Below, piece by piece: positions 41,885 through 51,848 of a DNA stretch of 64,000 bases. The first letter of the stretch is position 1, and each line of letters starts with the position of its first letter. Source of the stretch: an uncultured bacterium (GTDB taxonomy: Bacteria; Chloroflexota; UBA5177; JANWHV01). The notes under the pieces are model-generated. The model was not told where the DNA came from and ran no database searches. It saw nothing but the letters and a program-made list of their open reading frames with translations. The DNA lies in assembly GCA_963827235.1 (NCBI GenBank), contig CAWHAE010000019.1:176234-240233 (forward strand), written 5' to 3'. A program made the position numbers and the translations under genes.

Positions 41885-43606
41885 ATGGACATGTCGACGG
41901 TTACCACGCGGCAAATGCGCTCAGACACGATCAAGAAGGGCTTCGAGCGTGCACCTCATCGGGCACTGCTCCGCGCTACCGGCGTGATCCGGGACGAGAA
42001 GGACTTTGAGAAGCCGTTCATCGCCGTGATCAATAGCTACGTGGACATTATTCCCGGTCACGCCCACCTGCAGGAGGTCGCCAGGACCGTGAAGGCTGCC
42101 ATTCGCGCGGCGGGTGGCGTGCCCTTCGAGTTCAACACCATCGGCGTGGACGACGGTATCGCCATGGGACATATCGGCATGAAGTACTCGCTGCCCAGCC
42201 GCGAGCTGATTGCCGATTGCGTGGAGACGGTGATCGCCGCCCACGCCTTTGACGGCATGATCTGTATCCCGAACTGCGACAAGATCGTGCCCGGGATGCT
42301 GATGGCTACCATGCGCTTGAACATCCCCACTATCTTCTGCTCCGGCGGGCCGATGCGAGCCGGGCGCCTGGCCAGCGGGGCCAAGGCAGATCTGATCACC
42401 GTGTTCGAGGCGGTCGGCGCATACGCGCAGGGCAAAGTCAGCGACGAAGCGCTGCTGGAGCTGGAGCAGAAGGCCTGTCCCTCCTGCGGCTCGTGCTCCG
42501 GCATGTTCACGGCCAATTCCATGAACTGCCTGTGCGAAGCGCTGGGCATTGCTCTTCCCGGCAACGGCACCATCCTGGCCAGAACGCCGGAGCGTGAGGA
42601 GCACTACCGCCGCTCGGCCGCGCGCTTGCTGCATCTGGTCGAAGAGAACGTCCGCCCGCTGGACATCATCACGCCGCCGCGATCGACAACGCCTTCGCCC
42701 TGGATATGGCGATGGGAGGCTCGACCAACACGGTGCTGCACACGCTGGCTCTCTGCCACGAGGGTGGGGTGGACTACCCGCTCGAGCGGCTGAACGAAGT
42801 CGCGGCGCGCGTGCCGTACATCTGCAAGGTGTCGCCGGCCTCCGCGAAGGTGCACATCGAGGACGTGCACCGCGCCGGCGGTATCAGCGCCATTCTGCAC
42901 GAGCTGAGCCGCCGGCCCGGGCATCCTGCACCTCGACGTGCCGACGGTGACCGGCAAGACGCTGGGCGAGAACATCGCGCGGCTCTGCCGTCGCCGATTC
43001 CGCGGTGATTCGGCCGCTGGATGAGCCGTTCCAGGACCGCGGCGGACTGACGGTGCTCTTCGGCAACCTGGCGCCTGATGGTGCCGTCGTCAAGTCCGGG
43101 CGCCATCGACGAGTCTGCCTGGAAGTTCCGCGGTGCGTGCCGCATCTATGAGAGCGGGGAAGCAGGCCCAGGCCGCTATTCTGCGCGGCGAGGTAGTGGC
43201 CGGCGATGCCGTGGTCATCCGCTACGAGGGACCCAAGGGCGGTCCCGGCATGCAGGAGATGCTCGGGCCGACCGGCGCCCTGGCGGGCATGGGCTCGGCG
43301 ACGTCGGTCGCGTTGCTGACCGACGGACGCTTCAGCGGCGGCAGCCGCGGCATGGCCATCGGCCACATCTCGCCGGAAGCGGCAGCCGGTGGACCCATCG
43401 CCGCGCTGCGCGACGGGAGACATCATCGTCCATCGACATCCAGGCCTGCCGGCTGGACGTCGAGCTGAGCGAAGACGAGCTGAGCCGTCGCCTCAAAGAG
43501 GCGCGACCGCCCGAGCAGCGTGCTGCCTGGTCGCTGGCTAAGGCGCTATCGGAGCCTGGTGACCTCGGCAAATACGGGGGCGGTACTGCGCGACCCGGAC
43601 TACTAA
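41885..43606 (+). pseudogene. ilvD: Dihydroxy-acid dehydratase, interrupted by about 7-8 single-base frameshifts (possibly sequence errors)
   Basis: [62 protein letters not shown] spread over successive frames between 42677 and 43530. Confidence 0.92.
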
Positions 43607-43741
43607 AGGCAAGCCACGCCGGGACCCACGGTGGCGTCGAAGGCGCACTCGATGCTCCAGGATTCATCCTGGGCAGAATCATGTCCCGCCAAGCACGGAG
43701 TTCACTCTGCCCCTGCGGGTTCCACGTTGGCCTGGGTATAG
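43600..43741 (+). repeat. Dispersed ~140-bp repeat family, locus C (full-length)
   Basis: Starts CTACTAAAG (contains the ilvD stop), central palindrome CCAGGATTCATCCTGG, ends CCTGGGTATAG. Confidence 0.85.
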
Positions 43742-44083
43742 GTGTGCCGGGGATGCTCGCGCTGCCCTGGGACCACCTGCGTCGCCGCGGAGCCACGCGG
43801 GCTGCTCCTCGAGGTGTGCCGCAGTCTGCGAGCCGGCCTTCCCGATAGCGTCTCCCGCCCGCGCGCCGCTGTGGTCTGTAGATAGCGACCGAGCCCGTTT
43901 GTCGCGCCGGCCACGGCCCGCGCCGCGGCACCACGCAGAAAGGCGTCCGGCTGGTGCTGATGCACGAGGGCAAGTGCAGGACACTGGGGAAGGTCGTAGG
44001 GGGTGTCCGCCGCTCGCGCGGCCGGTGTGCCCGCATGGGGCGCGGGCCATCCGGTCTCGAGCGTGCCGGGAAGCGGCAGACAA

Positions 44084-44620
44084 TCAGGCGGTAACCAGGG
44101 TGGGCTCTCCAGCTTTCCATCCGCACGCGGTGAGTCCGCCTGCCTGGATGGCCTTCAGAGACCGCAATACTTCGTCGACGCTTCGACCGGTATCGAGGTC
44201 GTTCACGGCCACGAACCGGATCACGCCCTCGGGATCGACGATGAACGTGGCACGCAGGGCTACACCCTCCTGATGATCGAGGATTCCCAGTGCCATCGAC
44301 AGCTCGCGCTTCAGGTCCGCCGCCATGGGGAACGGCAGATGACGGATGAGCGGGTTCTGCTCACGCCACGCCAGATGCACGAACTCATTGTCTACGCTGA
44401 CGCCGAGAATGTCTGCCTCAACCGCGCTGAACTCGGGTTGCATCTTGCCGAATCCTGCGATCTCGGTGGGGCATACGAAGGTGAAATCCTTGGGCCAGAA
44501 GAACGCTACCAGCCAACGACCTTTGTACTCCGACAAGGAGACGCGTGTGATGGTCGGATCCTCGAAACCGTCGACTGCAGCCAAGTCAAAATCCGGGAAA
44601 CGGTCGCCAACCGTGAGCAT
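44084..44620 (-). CDS. ahpC: 2-Cys peroxiredoxin (AhpC)
   Basis: FWPKDFTFVCPTEI, LRATFIVDPEG, GRSVDEVLR, C-terminal Cys; AAGGAG before ATG 44620. Confidence 0.93.
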   Translation of the reverse strand: MLTVGDRFPDFDLAAVDGFEDPTITRVSLSEYKGRWLVAFFWPKDFTFVCPTEIAGFGKMQPEFSAVEADILGVSVDNEFVHLAWREQNPLIRHLPFPMAADLKRELSMALGILDHQEGVALRATFIVDPEGVIRFVAVNDLDTGRSVDEVLRSLKAIQAGGLTACGWKAGEPTLVTA

Positions 44621-44836
44621 GTTGAACTCCTTGATCTTCCAGGGCAGCACTCTAGGTGTCCCATCCTAAGGGAAGGTAGAGGTTAGCACCGGGCACCGTC
44701 AAGCGCTGTGTGCGCTTCCGTTAAGGGATCGTAGTTGACGTGGTGGCCATGACCACGCAAGGTGCCGGGCCGGCCGTTTGCGGAAACGCCTACGGCGTAT
44801 GATGGTACCTGCGCATGTTTCGTACAAGGAAAGATC

Positions 44837-45622
44837 ATGGAGAAACATCAGCAGGAATCGATCGACCGGCTCGTCGATCTGTTGGCGCGGGAGCCCGGCA
44901 TCGTGGCGCTGATCCTCGGCGGCTCGATCGCACACGGATTCGCGACGGCGGATTCCGACATCGACGTGGCCATTGTCGTGGAGCCAGGCGAGTATCAGCG
45001 GCGACGGAACGAAAACAGGCTTGTGTACTTCAACCGGGAGTTGTGCCACTACGAGGGAGGCTACGTCGACGGCAAATACATGGATCTCGAGTTTCTGAGG
45101 CTCGTGGCCGCACGGGGAAGCGAGCCGGCCCGCTATGCATTCAAGGATTGCCACCTCCTGTTCTGTCGCGACGCGGAAGTGGAGCGAGTGCTCGCCGAGA
45201 TTGAGCGCTATCCGTCAGAGCACGGTCGTGAAAGGATTGAGCGGTTTGCTGCTCAGGTCCTGGCGTGGAAGTGGTATTACGGCGAGGCTGCCAGGAAGCA
45301 GAATCTCTATTTGACCACGCTCTCGGTGCAGAAGCTGATCCTGTTCGGCGGGCGCATCGTTCTGGCGGCGAACGAGATGCTCTACCCATATCACAAGTGG
45401 CTACTCGAAGAGCTCAAGAAGGCCGCCAGGAAGCCCGAGCACCTGTTGGCCGATATCGAGACGCTCATGACCGCTCACAGCCTCGATAAAGTCGATGCCT
45501 ATTGCACGAAGATGCTCGCGTTCGCAGGATGCATCGCCGAGGATCTTCGCTGGCCGAATCAGTTCGTACGGGATTCGGAGCAGAACTGGATAACCCACGA
45601 GCCGCCAATCGACGATCTATAG
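44837..45622 (+). CDS. Pol-beta-like nucleotidyltransferase domain protein
   Basis: GGSIAHG...DSDID signature; helical C-terminus with YPYHKW. Confidence 0.8.
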   Translation: MEKHQQESIDRLVDLLAREPGIVALILGGSIAHGFATADSDIDVAIVVEPGEYQRRRNENRLVYFNRELCHYEGGYVDGKYMDLEFLRLVAARGSEPARYAFKDCHLLFCRDAEVERVLAEIERYPSEHGRERIERFAAQVLAWKWYYGEAARKQNLYLTTLSVQKLILFGGRIVLAANEMLYPYHKWLLEELKKAARKPEHLLADIETLMTAHSLDKVDAYCTKMLAFAGCIAEDLRWPNQFVRDSEQNWITHEPPIDDL

Positions 45623-45663
45623 ACGAGCGCGCTAGCACTTTCGTCGGCTGTCGCGTTGGGCGG

Positions 45664-46308
45664 CTACAGCCAGATCAGCCCGCGTCGTGCGGCGACTGTC
45701 ACCGCCTCGGTGCGGCTGCCGGCGTTGAGCTTGGCCATGATCGCCCCCACGTGGAATTTCACCGTGTGCTCGCTGATGCCCAGACGGCGGGAGATCATCT
45801 TGTTGCCCAGGCCTTCGCTCAGTAGCCGCAGCACCTCCAGCTCCCGTGGGGTCAGAGCCTCGCCCACGCCGGCCGCGGCCGCCTCGACAATCGGCACGGA
45901 CTGGCTGGGCAGCAGCGGACGGACGGCCGCCGCGTCCAGCACAACCAAGCCGTGAGCGGCGGCGAGCACCGCGGCCGCCAGCTCGCCGCCCGACGCGTCG
46001 CGCGGCAATACACCCCGGACACCGGCGCGCAGGGCGTCCAGGGCCCAGCGTTCGGTCGTGTCACAGACGACCACCGTGCCCGGGACCTGACCGCCGCCGG
46101 CTATCTGCCAAACGGCGTCGGTCATATCGTCGTCCGCGCTCTCGAGTTCCGCGAGCACCGCGTCCGGCTGCAATGAGGCGGCCAGCGCGGAGAGCTGCTC
46201 CGCGCTGGCCGCCTCGCCGATCACTTCAATGCCGGGCTGTTCCCGCAGGACGGCGGCCAGTCCGGCGCGCACCGTGGGAAATGCCGCGGCGACCAACACC
46301 CTGATCAC
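45664..46308 (-). CDS. NarL/LuxR-family regulator with an atypical receiver domain
   Basis: LTPRELEVL..GLGNKMISRRLGISEHTVKFH; GTG 46308 overlaps the protease stop. Confidence 0.9.
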   Translation of the reverse strand: MIRVLVAAAFPTVRAGLAAVLREQPGIEVIGEAASAEQLSALAASLQPDAVLAELESADDDMTDAVWQIAGGGQVPGTVVVCDTTERWALDALRAGVRGVLPRDASGGELAAAVLAAAHGLVVLDAAAVRPLLPSQSVPIVEAAAAGVGEALTPRELEVLRLLSEGLGNKMISRRLGISEHTVKFHVGAIMAKLNAGSRTEAVTVAARRGLIWL

Positions 46309-47243
46309 GGCTGCCCGTTCGGTCGCTGTCCGGGACCGGCGGCAGCGGTCTCTCGTTCCCCGAGGATCGCCGTGACGTCCATCAGCGTGCCCGCCCGCAT
46401 GATCAAGAGAGGCAACGGAGTACCGGCGGCGCACTGTCCGAGCACGCCGGCCAGCGCATCGTGATCTGTGAGCGGCCACTTCGCGGCGGCGACGAGGACG
46501 TCACCCGGCAGCAGGCCGTTGCGGGCTGCCGGCCCGCCCTCCACCACGGAGAGTACCATGAGGCCGCTTTCCTGCCCGATGCCATGGCGGGAGAGCCCGC
46601 TTCCTGCCAGGTCGACCACCTGTGTGCGCACGCCGAGAAAGGCCGGCCGCAGTTTTCCGGACACGAAGCGTTCCACCACGTTACTGGGAATGGCCAGCGC
46701 CAAACCACCGGCGACCATGCTGTTGATGCCGATCACCCGGCCGGCGGCGTCCGCGAGTGGTCCGCCCGAATTGCCGGGCAGAAGACTCAGATCTGCCTGA
46801 ATCCAGCGGTCGCCGTGATTCTCCGGCCGGACCGAGGGTGCCATGTGAACGATCCCCATGCTCAGGGCGTCTTTCACGCCCAGCGGATGGCCCATGGCCA
46901 GCACGAGCTGGCCGACGCGCAGCTTCGACGAATCGCCGATTGTCGCCTGCTGAAGAGTATCGGCGGTCACGCGCACGGCCGCAAGGTCGAAGTCTTCATT
47001 GCGATCAAGGACACGCCCGGGCACGTGCCTGCCGTCGGACAGCACGACCTCGGCCCGGTCATCGCGCATGACATGGTTGTTGGTGACGACCACGCCGTCG
47101 CTTCGCCAGACGACGCCCGATCCGTTGCCGTGTCCGTCGACCCGGATCTCCACCGTCGAGGCTCGTAGTTGGGCCGCGAGATGCGCGGCCGAAGCGTTCA
47201 TGCCCGGTGCCCGGGCAAACTGTTCCTGCAGAATTGCCGTCAT
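46305..47243 (-). CDS. HtrA/S1C-family serine protease with PDZ domain, no signal peptide
   Basis: TNNHV, DLA, GNSGGPL, PDZ GPAARNGLLPGDV. Confidence 0.9.
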   Translation of the reverse strand: MTAILQEQFARAPGMNASAAHLAAQLRASTVEIRVDGHGNGSGVVWRSDGVVVTNNHVMRDDRAEVVLSDGRHVPGRVLDRNEDFDLAAVRVTADTLQQATIGDSSKLRVGQLVLAMGHPLGVKDALSMGIVHMAPSVRPENHGDRWIQADLSLLPGNSGGPLADAAGRVIGINSMVAGGLALAIPSNVVERFVSGKLRPAFLGVRTQVVDLAGSGLSRHGIGQESGLMVLSVVEGGPAARNGLLPGDVLVAAAKWPLTDHDALAGVLGQCAAGTPLPLLIMRAGTLMDVTAILGERETAAAGPGQRPNGQP

Positions 47244-47273
47244 ATACGTGTTCCGATCGGGTATTATTTGCTG

Positions 47274-48197
47274 CTACTGCCGCTCGCCCACCGTGACCGG
47301 GAGGGTTTTCAGCTCGCCTCCACGGATCAGCTTCGCCTGCAAGGTCTTTCCTGCACTGTCGGTGCCAAGCTGCGCCTGCACGTCGTCGGCGCTCGCGGTC
47401 GCGTGATCGCCGAGGGCGACGATGATGTCGCCGAGGAGCAGACCTGCATTGGCTGCCGGTCCGCCCGAATCAACCGTGACCAGGATGGCGGCGCTCGTCT
47501 GCTGCAAGCCCAGCTTTTGCACGAGGTCGGTGGGCAGTTGAACGGGCTGCAGCCCTATGCCGAGATAACCGCGACTGACGCGACCGCGCGAGAGCAGGGC
47601 TTCGGCGACACGTTTGACCGTCTGCGACGGAATGATGAGCGAGTGGCCGCGCGAGAGGCCCGACGTGTTGATGCCCGCCACTCGTCCCTGGACGTCCACG
47701 AGCGGTCCGCCGGAGAATCCCGGGTAGAGTGTGAGGTCGGTCCGTACCAGGGCGTCAATCGTTCCCCCGCGCCAGGTGCGCCAGGGTCCGCCAATCGCGC
47801 TGATGATGCCGATGCTCGCGGCGAGCCCTTCGCCGCCCGGCCTGGCCACGGCAAGGGCAAGCTGACCCACGCGCAGCGCGGTGGAGTCCGCGATCTGGGC
47901 TGGGGTGGCGGCCGTGTTGTCGATGCGCAACACCGCGAGGTCGGTGCCGCCGTCGCGACCGGCCAGGGTGGCGCGAATCTCCTCGCCGGAAGGCAGCACG
48001 ACCTTCACGTCCTCATCGCTTTCCACCACGTGATCGGCGGTCACGACTACGCCGGGCGACCAGATCACACCACCTGCCGCCACGTGCCGCCGTGCCCGCA
48101 CGGCAACGGTGCTCTGCCCGGCCCGCTCCACCGCGTTAGCCAGCTCGTCCGAGATGCCGGCCAACACACCCGGCTGTCCTTCTGTCTGTCCGCTCAT
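47274..48197 (-). CDS. HtrA/S1C-family serine protease with PDZ domain, no signal peptide
   Basis: TADHV, DLAVL, variant GFSGGPL, GYLGI, GPAANAGLLLGDII. Confidence 0.9.
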   Translation of the reverse strand: MSGQTEGQPGVLAGISDELANAVERAGQSTVAVRARRHVAAGGVIWSPGVVVTADHVVESDEDVKVVLPSGEEIRATLAGRDGGTDLAVLRIDNTAATPAQIADSTALRVGQLALAVARPGGEGLAASIGIISAIGGPWRTWRGGTIDALVRTDLTLYPGFSGGPLVDVQGRVAGINTSGLSRGHSLIIPSQTVKRVAEALLSRGRVSRGYLGIGLQPVQLPTDLVQKLGLQQTSAAILVTVDSGGPAANAGLLLGDIIVALGDHATASADDVQAQLGTDSAGKTLQAKLIRGGELKTLPVTVGERQ

Positions 48198-48394
48198 TGC
48201 CTGTTCTCCTGCCTACGAGCGGCTCGCTGCCGCTGCTTCCATTCCATCATGCTCCGGCGCGCTTCCCCGGACATCACCGGATCCGGCGGTACGGTACCTG
48301 GACGATCGACTAGCCGATTCTCTGCTAGCATGGGGCAGGATGTGTGGCACGGCTCGCCGGCCGCGGTCCGGCAGGTGGGAGGCGTCGACTGGCG

Positions 48395-49798
48395 ATGAGT
48401 ATCACATCACACGATTACGATCTGGTCGTGCTTGGGACTGGGCCGGCAGGCCAGAAAGCGGCCATCGCGGCGGTAAAGGCGGGGAAGCGCGTGGCCATCG
48501 TGGAGAAGAAGGCGGTGGTCGGCGGCACGTGCATCAATACCGGCACCATCCCCAGCAAGACGCTCCGCGAGGCCGTCCTCTACCTCTCCGGCTGGCGCGA
48601 GCACACGTTCTACGGCGCGAGCTATGCCGTGAAGCACGACATCACGATCAACGACCTGCTCATTCGCACGACATACGTCATCCAGCATGAGCTCGACGTG
48701 ATCCAGCACCAGATGTTCAGAAACAACGTCGACCTGATTCGCGCTGCCGGCTCATTTGAGGATGCGCACACGCTGAACCTCGATCTCCTGGATGGCACCG
48801 GCACGCGCCAGGTGAGTGCCGCGTTCGTGATTATCGCCACCGGCACCGAGGCGGCTCAGCCGCGCGACGTATCGGTCGACGACCAGGCCATCTTCACGAG
48901 CGACGCCATCCTGCGCCTGGATCGGCTGCCGCGTACGCTCGCCGTGGTCGGCGCCGGCGTGATCGGCTGCGAATATGCCTCGATGTTCGCGGCCCTCGGC
49001 ACGCGAGTGACCGTGATCGACGCGCGTCCGGATCTGCTCCCTTTCGTGGACGAGGAAGTCGCCGACGCGCTCGCCTTTCATCTGCGCCAGAACAACGTGG
49101 TGTTGCGTCTCGGCGAAACGGTCGAGCACCTCGAGCAGAACGAGCAGTGCAAGGTGGTGACGCACCTGAAGAGCGGCAAGCGGCTGACCACCGACAAGGC
49201 GCTGTACAGCATTGGGCGTGTCGGCGCCACGGCTTTGCTCAACCTCGCGGCAGCCGGCATCGTACCTGACGATCGCGGGCGCGTGGTCGTCAACGACCAC
49301 TACCAGAGCTCGGTGCCGCACATTTACGCGGTGGGTGACGTGATCGGGTTTCCGGCTCTCGCCTCGACGTCTATGGAGCAGGGCCGGGTAGCTGCTTCGC
49401 ATGCATTCGGCCTGCCGGTGAGCAGCGTGCCCGCGCACTTTCCCTACGGCATCTATACCATCCCCGAGATATCGATGGTGGGAAAAACGGAGGCGGAGCT
49501 CACCAATGAGAACATTCCCTACGAGGTGGGGAAAGCCAACTACCGGGAGATCGCGCGCGGGCAGATCATCGGCGATCACCTGGGTATGTTGAAGCTGATC
49601 TTCCACTCGGATACCAGGCAGCTACTCGGCGTGCATATCATAGGAGAGGCGGCGAGCGAACTCGTACACATAGGACAGGCGGTGATTGCCTTTGGCGGCA
49701 CGGCCGACTATTTCGTCAACACGGTTTTCAACTACCCTACTCTGGCCGAATGCTACAAGGTCGCGGCATTCGATGCGCTAAATCGCATGGGAGGGTAG
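48395..49798 (+). CDS. sthA: Soluble (Si-specific) pyridine nucleotide transhydrogenase
   Basis: GTGPAG, CINTGTIPSK (single Cys), GAGVIG, FNYPTLAECYKVAA. Confidence 0.92.
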   Translation: MSITSHDYDLVVLGTGPAGQKAAIAAVKAGKRVAIVEKKAVVGGTCINTGTIPSKTLREAVLYLSGWREHTFYGASYAVKHDITINDLLIRTTYVIQHELDVIQHQMFRNNVDLIRAAGSFEDAHTLNLDLLDGTGTRQVSAAFVIIATGTEAAQPRDVSVDDQAIFTSDAILRLDRLPRTLAVVGAGVIGCEYASMFAALGTRVTVIDARPDLLPFVDEEVADALAFHLRQNNVVLRLGETVEHLEQNEQCKVVTHLKSGKRLTTDKALYSIGRVGATALLNLAAAGIVPDDRGRVVVNDHYQSSVPHIYAVGDVIGFPALASTSMEQGRVAASHAFGLPVSSVPAHFPYGIYTIPEISMVGKTEAELTNENIPYEVGKANYREIARGQIIGDHLGMLKLIFHSDTRQLLGVHIIGEAASELVHIGQAVIAFGGTADYFVNTVFNYPTLAECYKVAAFDALNRMGG

Positions 49799-49830
49799 GC
49801 TCGCCACTACGAGGGAGTAGGGAGTTCGGT

Positions 49831-50721
49831 ATGCGTGTTGCGGTGTTGGGGGCGCCGATCGACTTCGGCGCGGCACGGCGCGGCGTAGATATGGGCTGCA
49901 GTGCCATTCGCTATGCCGGCTTGCATGCTGGCTTGCACCGTCTGGGGCACGACGTCGTGGACATGGGGAACGTCCCGGTAACGCTGGCCGAGCAAGGCGG
50001 GATCGTGGATGCAAAGCTCAAGCACCTCGACCAGATCGTGGCCATGGCGGATGCCCTGGCCGCCGCGGTCGCCGATGCGCGCGCGGACGAGCGCTTCCCG
50101 CTGGTGCTGGGCGGCGACCACAGCGTCGCCCTGGGATCTATTGCCGCGCTGGCGCGGGAGCTGCGCCTGGGCGTGATCTGGATAGACGCCCACGGCGACT
50201 TCAACAGTGCGGACACCACGCCGAGCGGCAATATCCACGGCATGCCGCTTGCCGCCTCCTGCGGCGTGGGTGATCCGCGCCTGGTGAACCTGGTCTACAT
50301 GGGCCGGAAGGTAAATCCGCGCAACGTGGCATTGGTGGGGACCCGGGACCTCGACGACGGCGAGCGCGCGCTACTGCGCGAGCAGGGCGTGACCGTGTTC
50401 ACGATGCAGCAGATCGACCGCCAGGGTATGGATCGCGTGGTTTCATCCGCTCTCGAAGTGGTGACGCACGGCACGGACGGCGTGCTCGCCAGCCTGGACA
50501 TGGACGCCCTCGATCCACGCGAGGCACCCGGCGTCGGTACCCCGGTGGCCGGCGGCATGACCTATCGCGAGGCACACCTGACCATGGAGCTGTTGGCAGA
50601 GGCCGGCTGCCTGGCAGGTCTGGACATCGTGGAAGTGAATCCTATCCTCGATCAGGGCAACTCAACGGCCAAACTGGCGGCAGAGCTGGCCTGGAGCGCC
50701 CTGGGCAAGCGCATCTACTAA
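49831..50721 (+). CDS. rocF: Arginase
   Basis: LGGDHS, DAHGDFN, SGNIHGMP, DMDALDP, EVNP. Confidence 0.94.
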   Translation: MRVAVLGAPIDFGAARRGVDMGCSAIRYAGLHAGLHRLGHDVVDMGNVPVTLAEQGGIVDAKLKHLDQIVAMADALAAAVADARADERFPLVLGGDHSVALGSIAALARELRLGVIWIDAHGDFNSADTTPSGNIHGMPLAASCGVGDPRLVNLVYMGRKVNPRNVALVGTRDLDDGERALLREQGVTVFTMQQIDRQGMDRVVSSALEVVTHGTDGVLASLDMDALDPREAPGVGTPVAGGMTYREAHLTMELLAEAGCLAGLDIVEVNPILDQGNSTAKLAAELAWSALGKRIY

Positions 50722-50854
50722 AAGCAGGCTGCGCCCGCATCCACAGTGGCGGCGAAGCCGCACGCGATACCCGCGACTTATCCTGGGAGCCTCGTGACCT
50801 GCCGGGCGCGGAATTCACTCCGCACCTGCGGGTTCCACCTTGACCTGGGTATAG
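50715..50854 (+). repeat. Dispersed ~140-bp repeat family, locus D (full-length, diverged); overlaps both flanking genes
   Basis: Starts CTACTAAAAG (rocF stop), ends CCTGCGGGTTCCACCTTGACCTGGGTATAG; colinear with 43600-43741. Confidence 0.8.
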
Positions 50855-51848
50855 ATTGATTCTGGGTTGACCGGGCTCTCGAGCGTCTCGCTGACGATGT
50901 ACAGCGGGCGGTTGCGCACTTCGTCGTAGATCCTGCCCAGGTACTCGCCGAGCACGCCCAGGAAGATAAGCTGGATGCCGCCCAGAAAGAGCACCGCGAT
51001 CAGCGTCGTGCCCTGGCCGACTATGGCACCGCCGACGATACGCGCGATGAGCGCCAGCACTATGCTCACCAGGCTCAGGCCGGCGAGGAAGAAGCCGAGC
51101 GAGGTGGCGAGCTGCAGTGGTGCGTAGCTGAAGCCGGTGATGGCGTCGACAGAGAGCCGGATCATCTTGAACAGCGGGTAGTTCGTCGTGCCGGCGAAGC
51201 GCTCGTGCCGATCGTACTTCACGACGTCCTGGCGGAAGCCGACCCACACCGAGAGGCCGCGCATGAAACGGTTGTGCTCGCGCATCTGGATCAGCGCGTC
51301 CGCCACCTTGCGATCGAGGAGCCGGAAATCTCCCGTATCACGCGGCAGCTTCATGGTGGTAAGCCGGTTGATCAGGCGGTAGAACATCGCGGCAGTGAGC
51401 AGCTTGAAGCGCGTCTCGCCCGCGCGCTGGCGTCGCTGCGCGTAGACGACCTGGGCCCCATCTTTCCAGTGCTCGACCATCTCGGGGATGATCTCGGGGG
51501 ATCCTGCAGGTCGGAATCGATGATCACCACCGCGGCACCGCGCGAATAGTCGAGTCCGGCCGAGATAGCCGCCTGGTGGCCGAAGTTGCGCGAGAAGTTG
51601 ATCGCCCGCACCCGCGGATCGCTGGCGTGGAGCTGGCGCATGAGCGCAAACGAGTTGTCGCGGCTGCCGTCGTTCACCAGTATCAGCTCGAACGGTTCGC
51701 CCAGGCCCACCATGACGGCGATCACACGCTCGTAGAAATGCGGCAGCGTTTCGGACTCGTTATAGACCGGCGCTACCACGGAGATCACGGGAGGCCGGGC
51801 GTCCTTCGCCGTCGAGACGGCATCGGCGCCCTCTATCATGCTTGCCAC
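50815..51848 (-). CDS. GT2 polyprenol-phosphate glycosyltransferase (GtrB/DPM1-like); one frameshift in the G5 run at 51496-51500
   Basis: PVYNE, VNDGSRD, SRNFGHQ, DSDLQDPP, GDFRLLDR, two C-terminal TM helices. Confidence 0.9.

Noticed and set aside
42677-43530. Dense frameshifts in ilvD as programmed frameshifting or phase variation
   Set aside because: About 7-8 single-base indels, several in short G/C runs, with no nonsense codons and well-conserved protein motifs; more consistent with local consensus error. Needs read inspection.
43640-43741. Repeat copies as TnpB omega-RNA guide cassettes
   Set aside because: Sequence after the hairpin and TTCAC is conserved between copies rather than variable as guides would be, and no tnpB is present. 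Kept only as a possible ancestry.
44683-44709. CIRCE (HrcA) operator upstream of ahpC
   Set aside because: TTAGCACcg-N9-aAGcGCTgt matches only 12 of 18 consensus positions.
51496-51500. G5 tract frameshift in GT2 as a phase-variable switch
   Set aside because: The tract is too short for typical slipped-strand switching, and similar indels occur elsewhere in the window.
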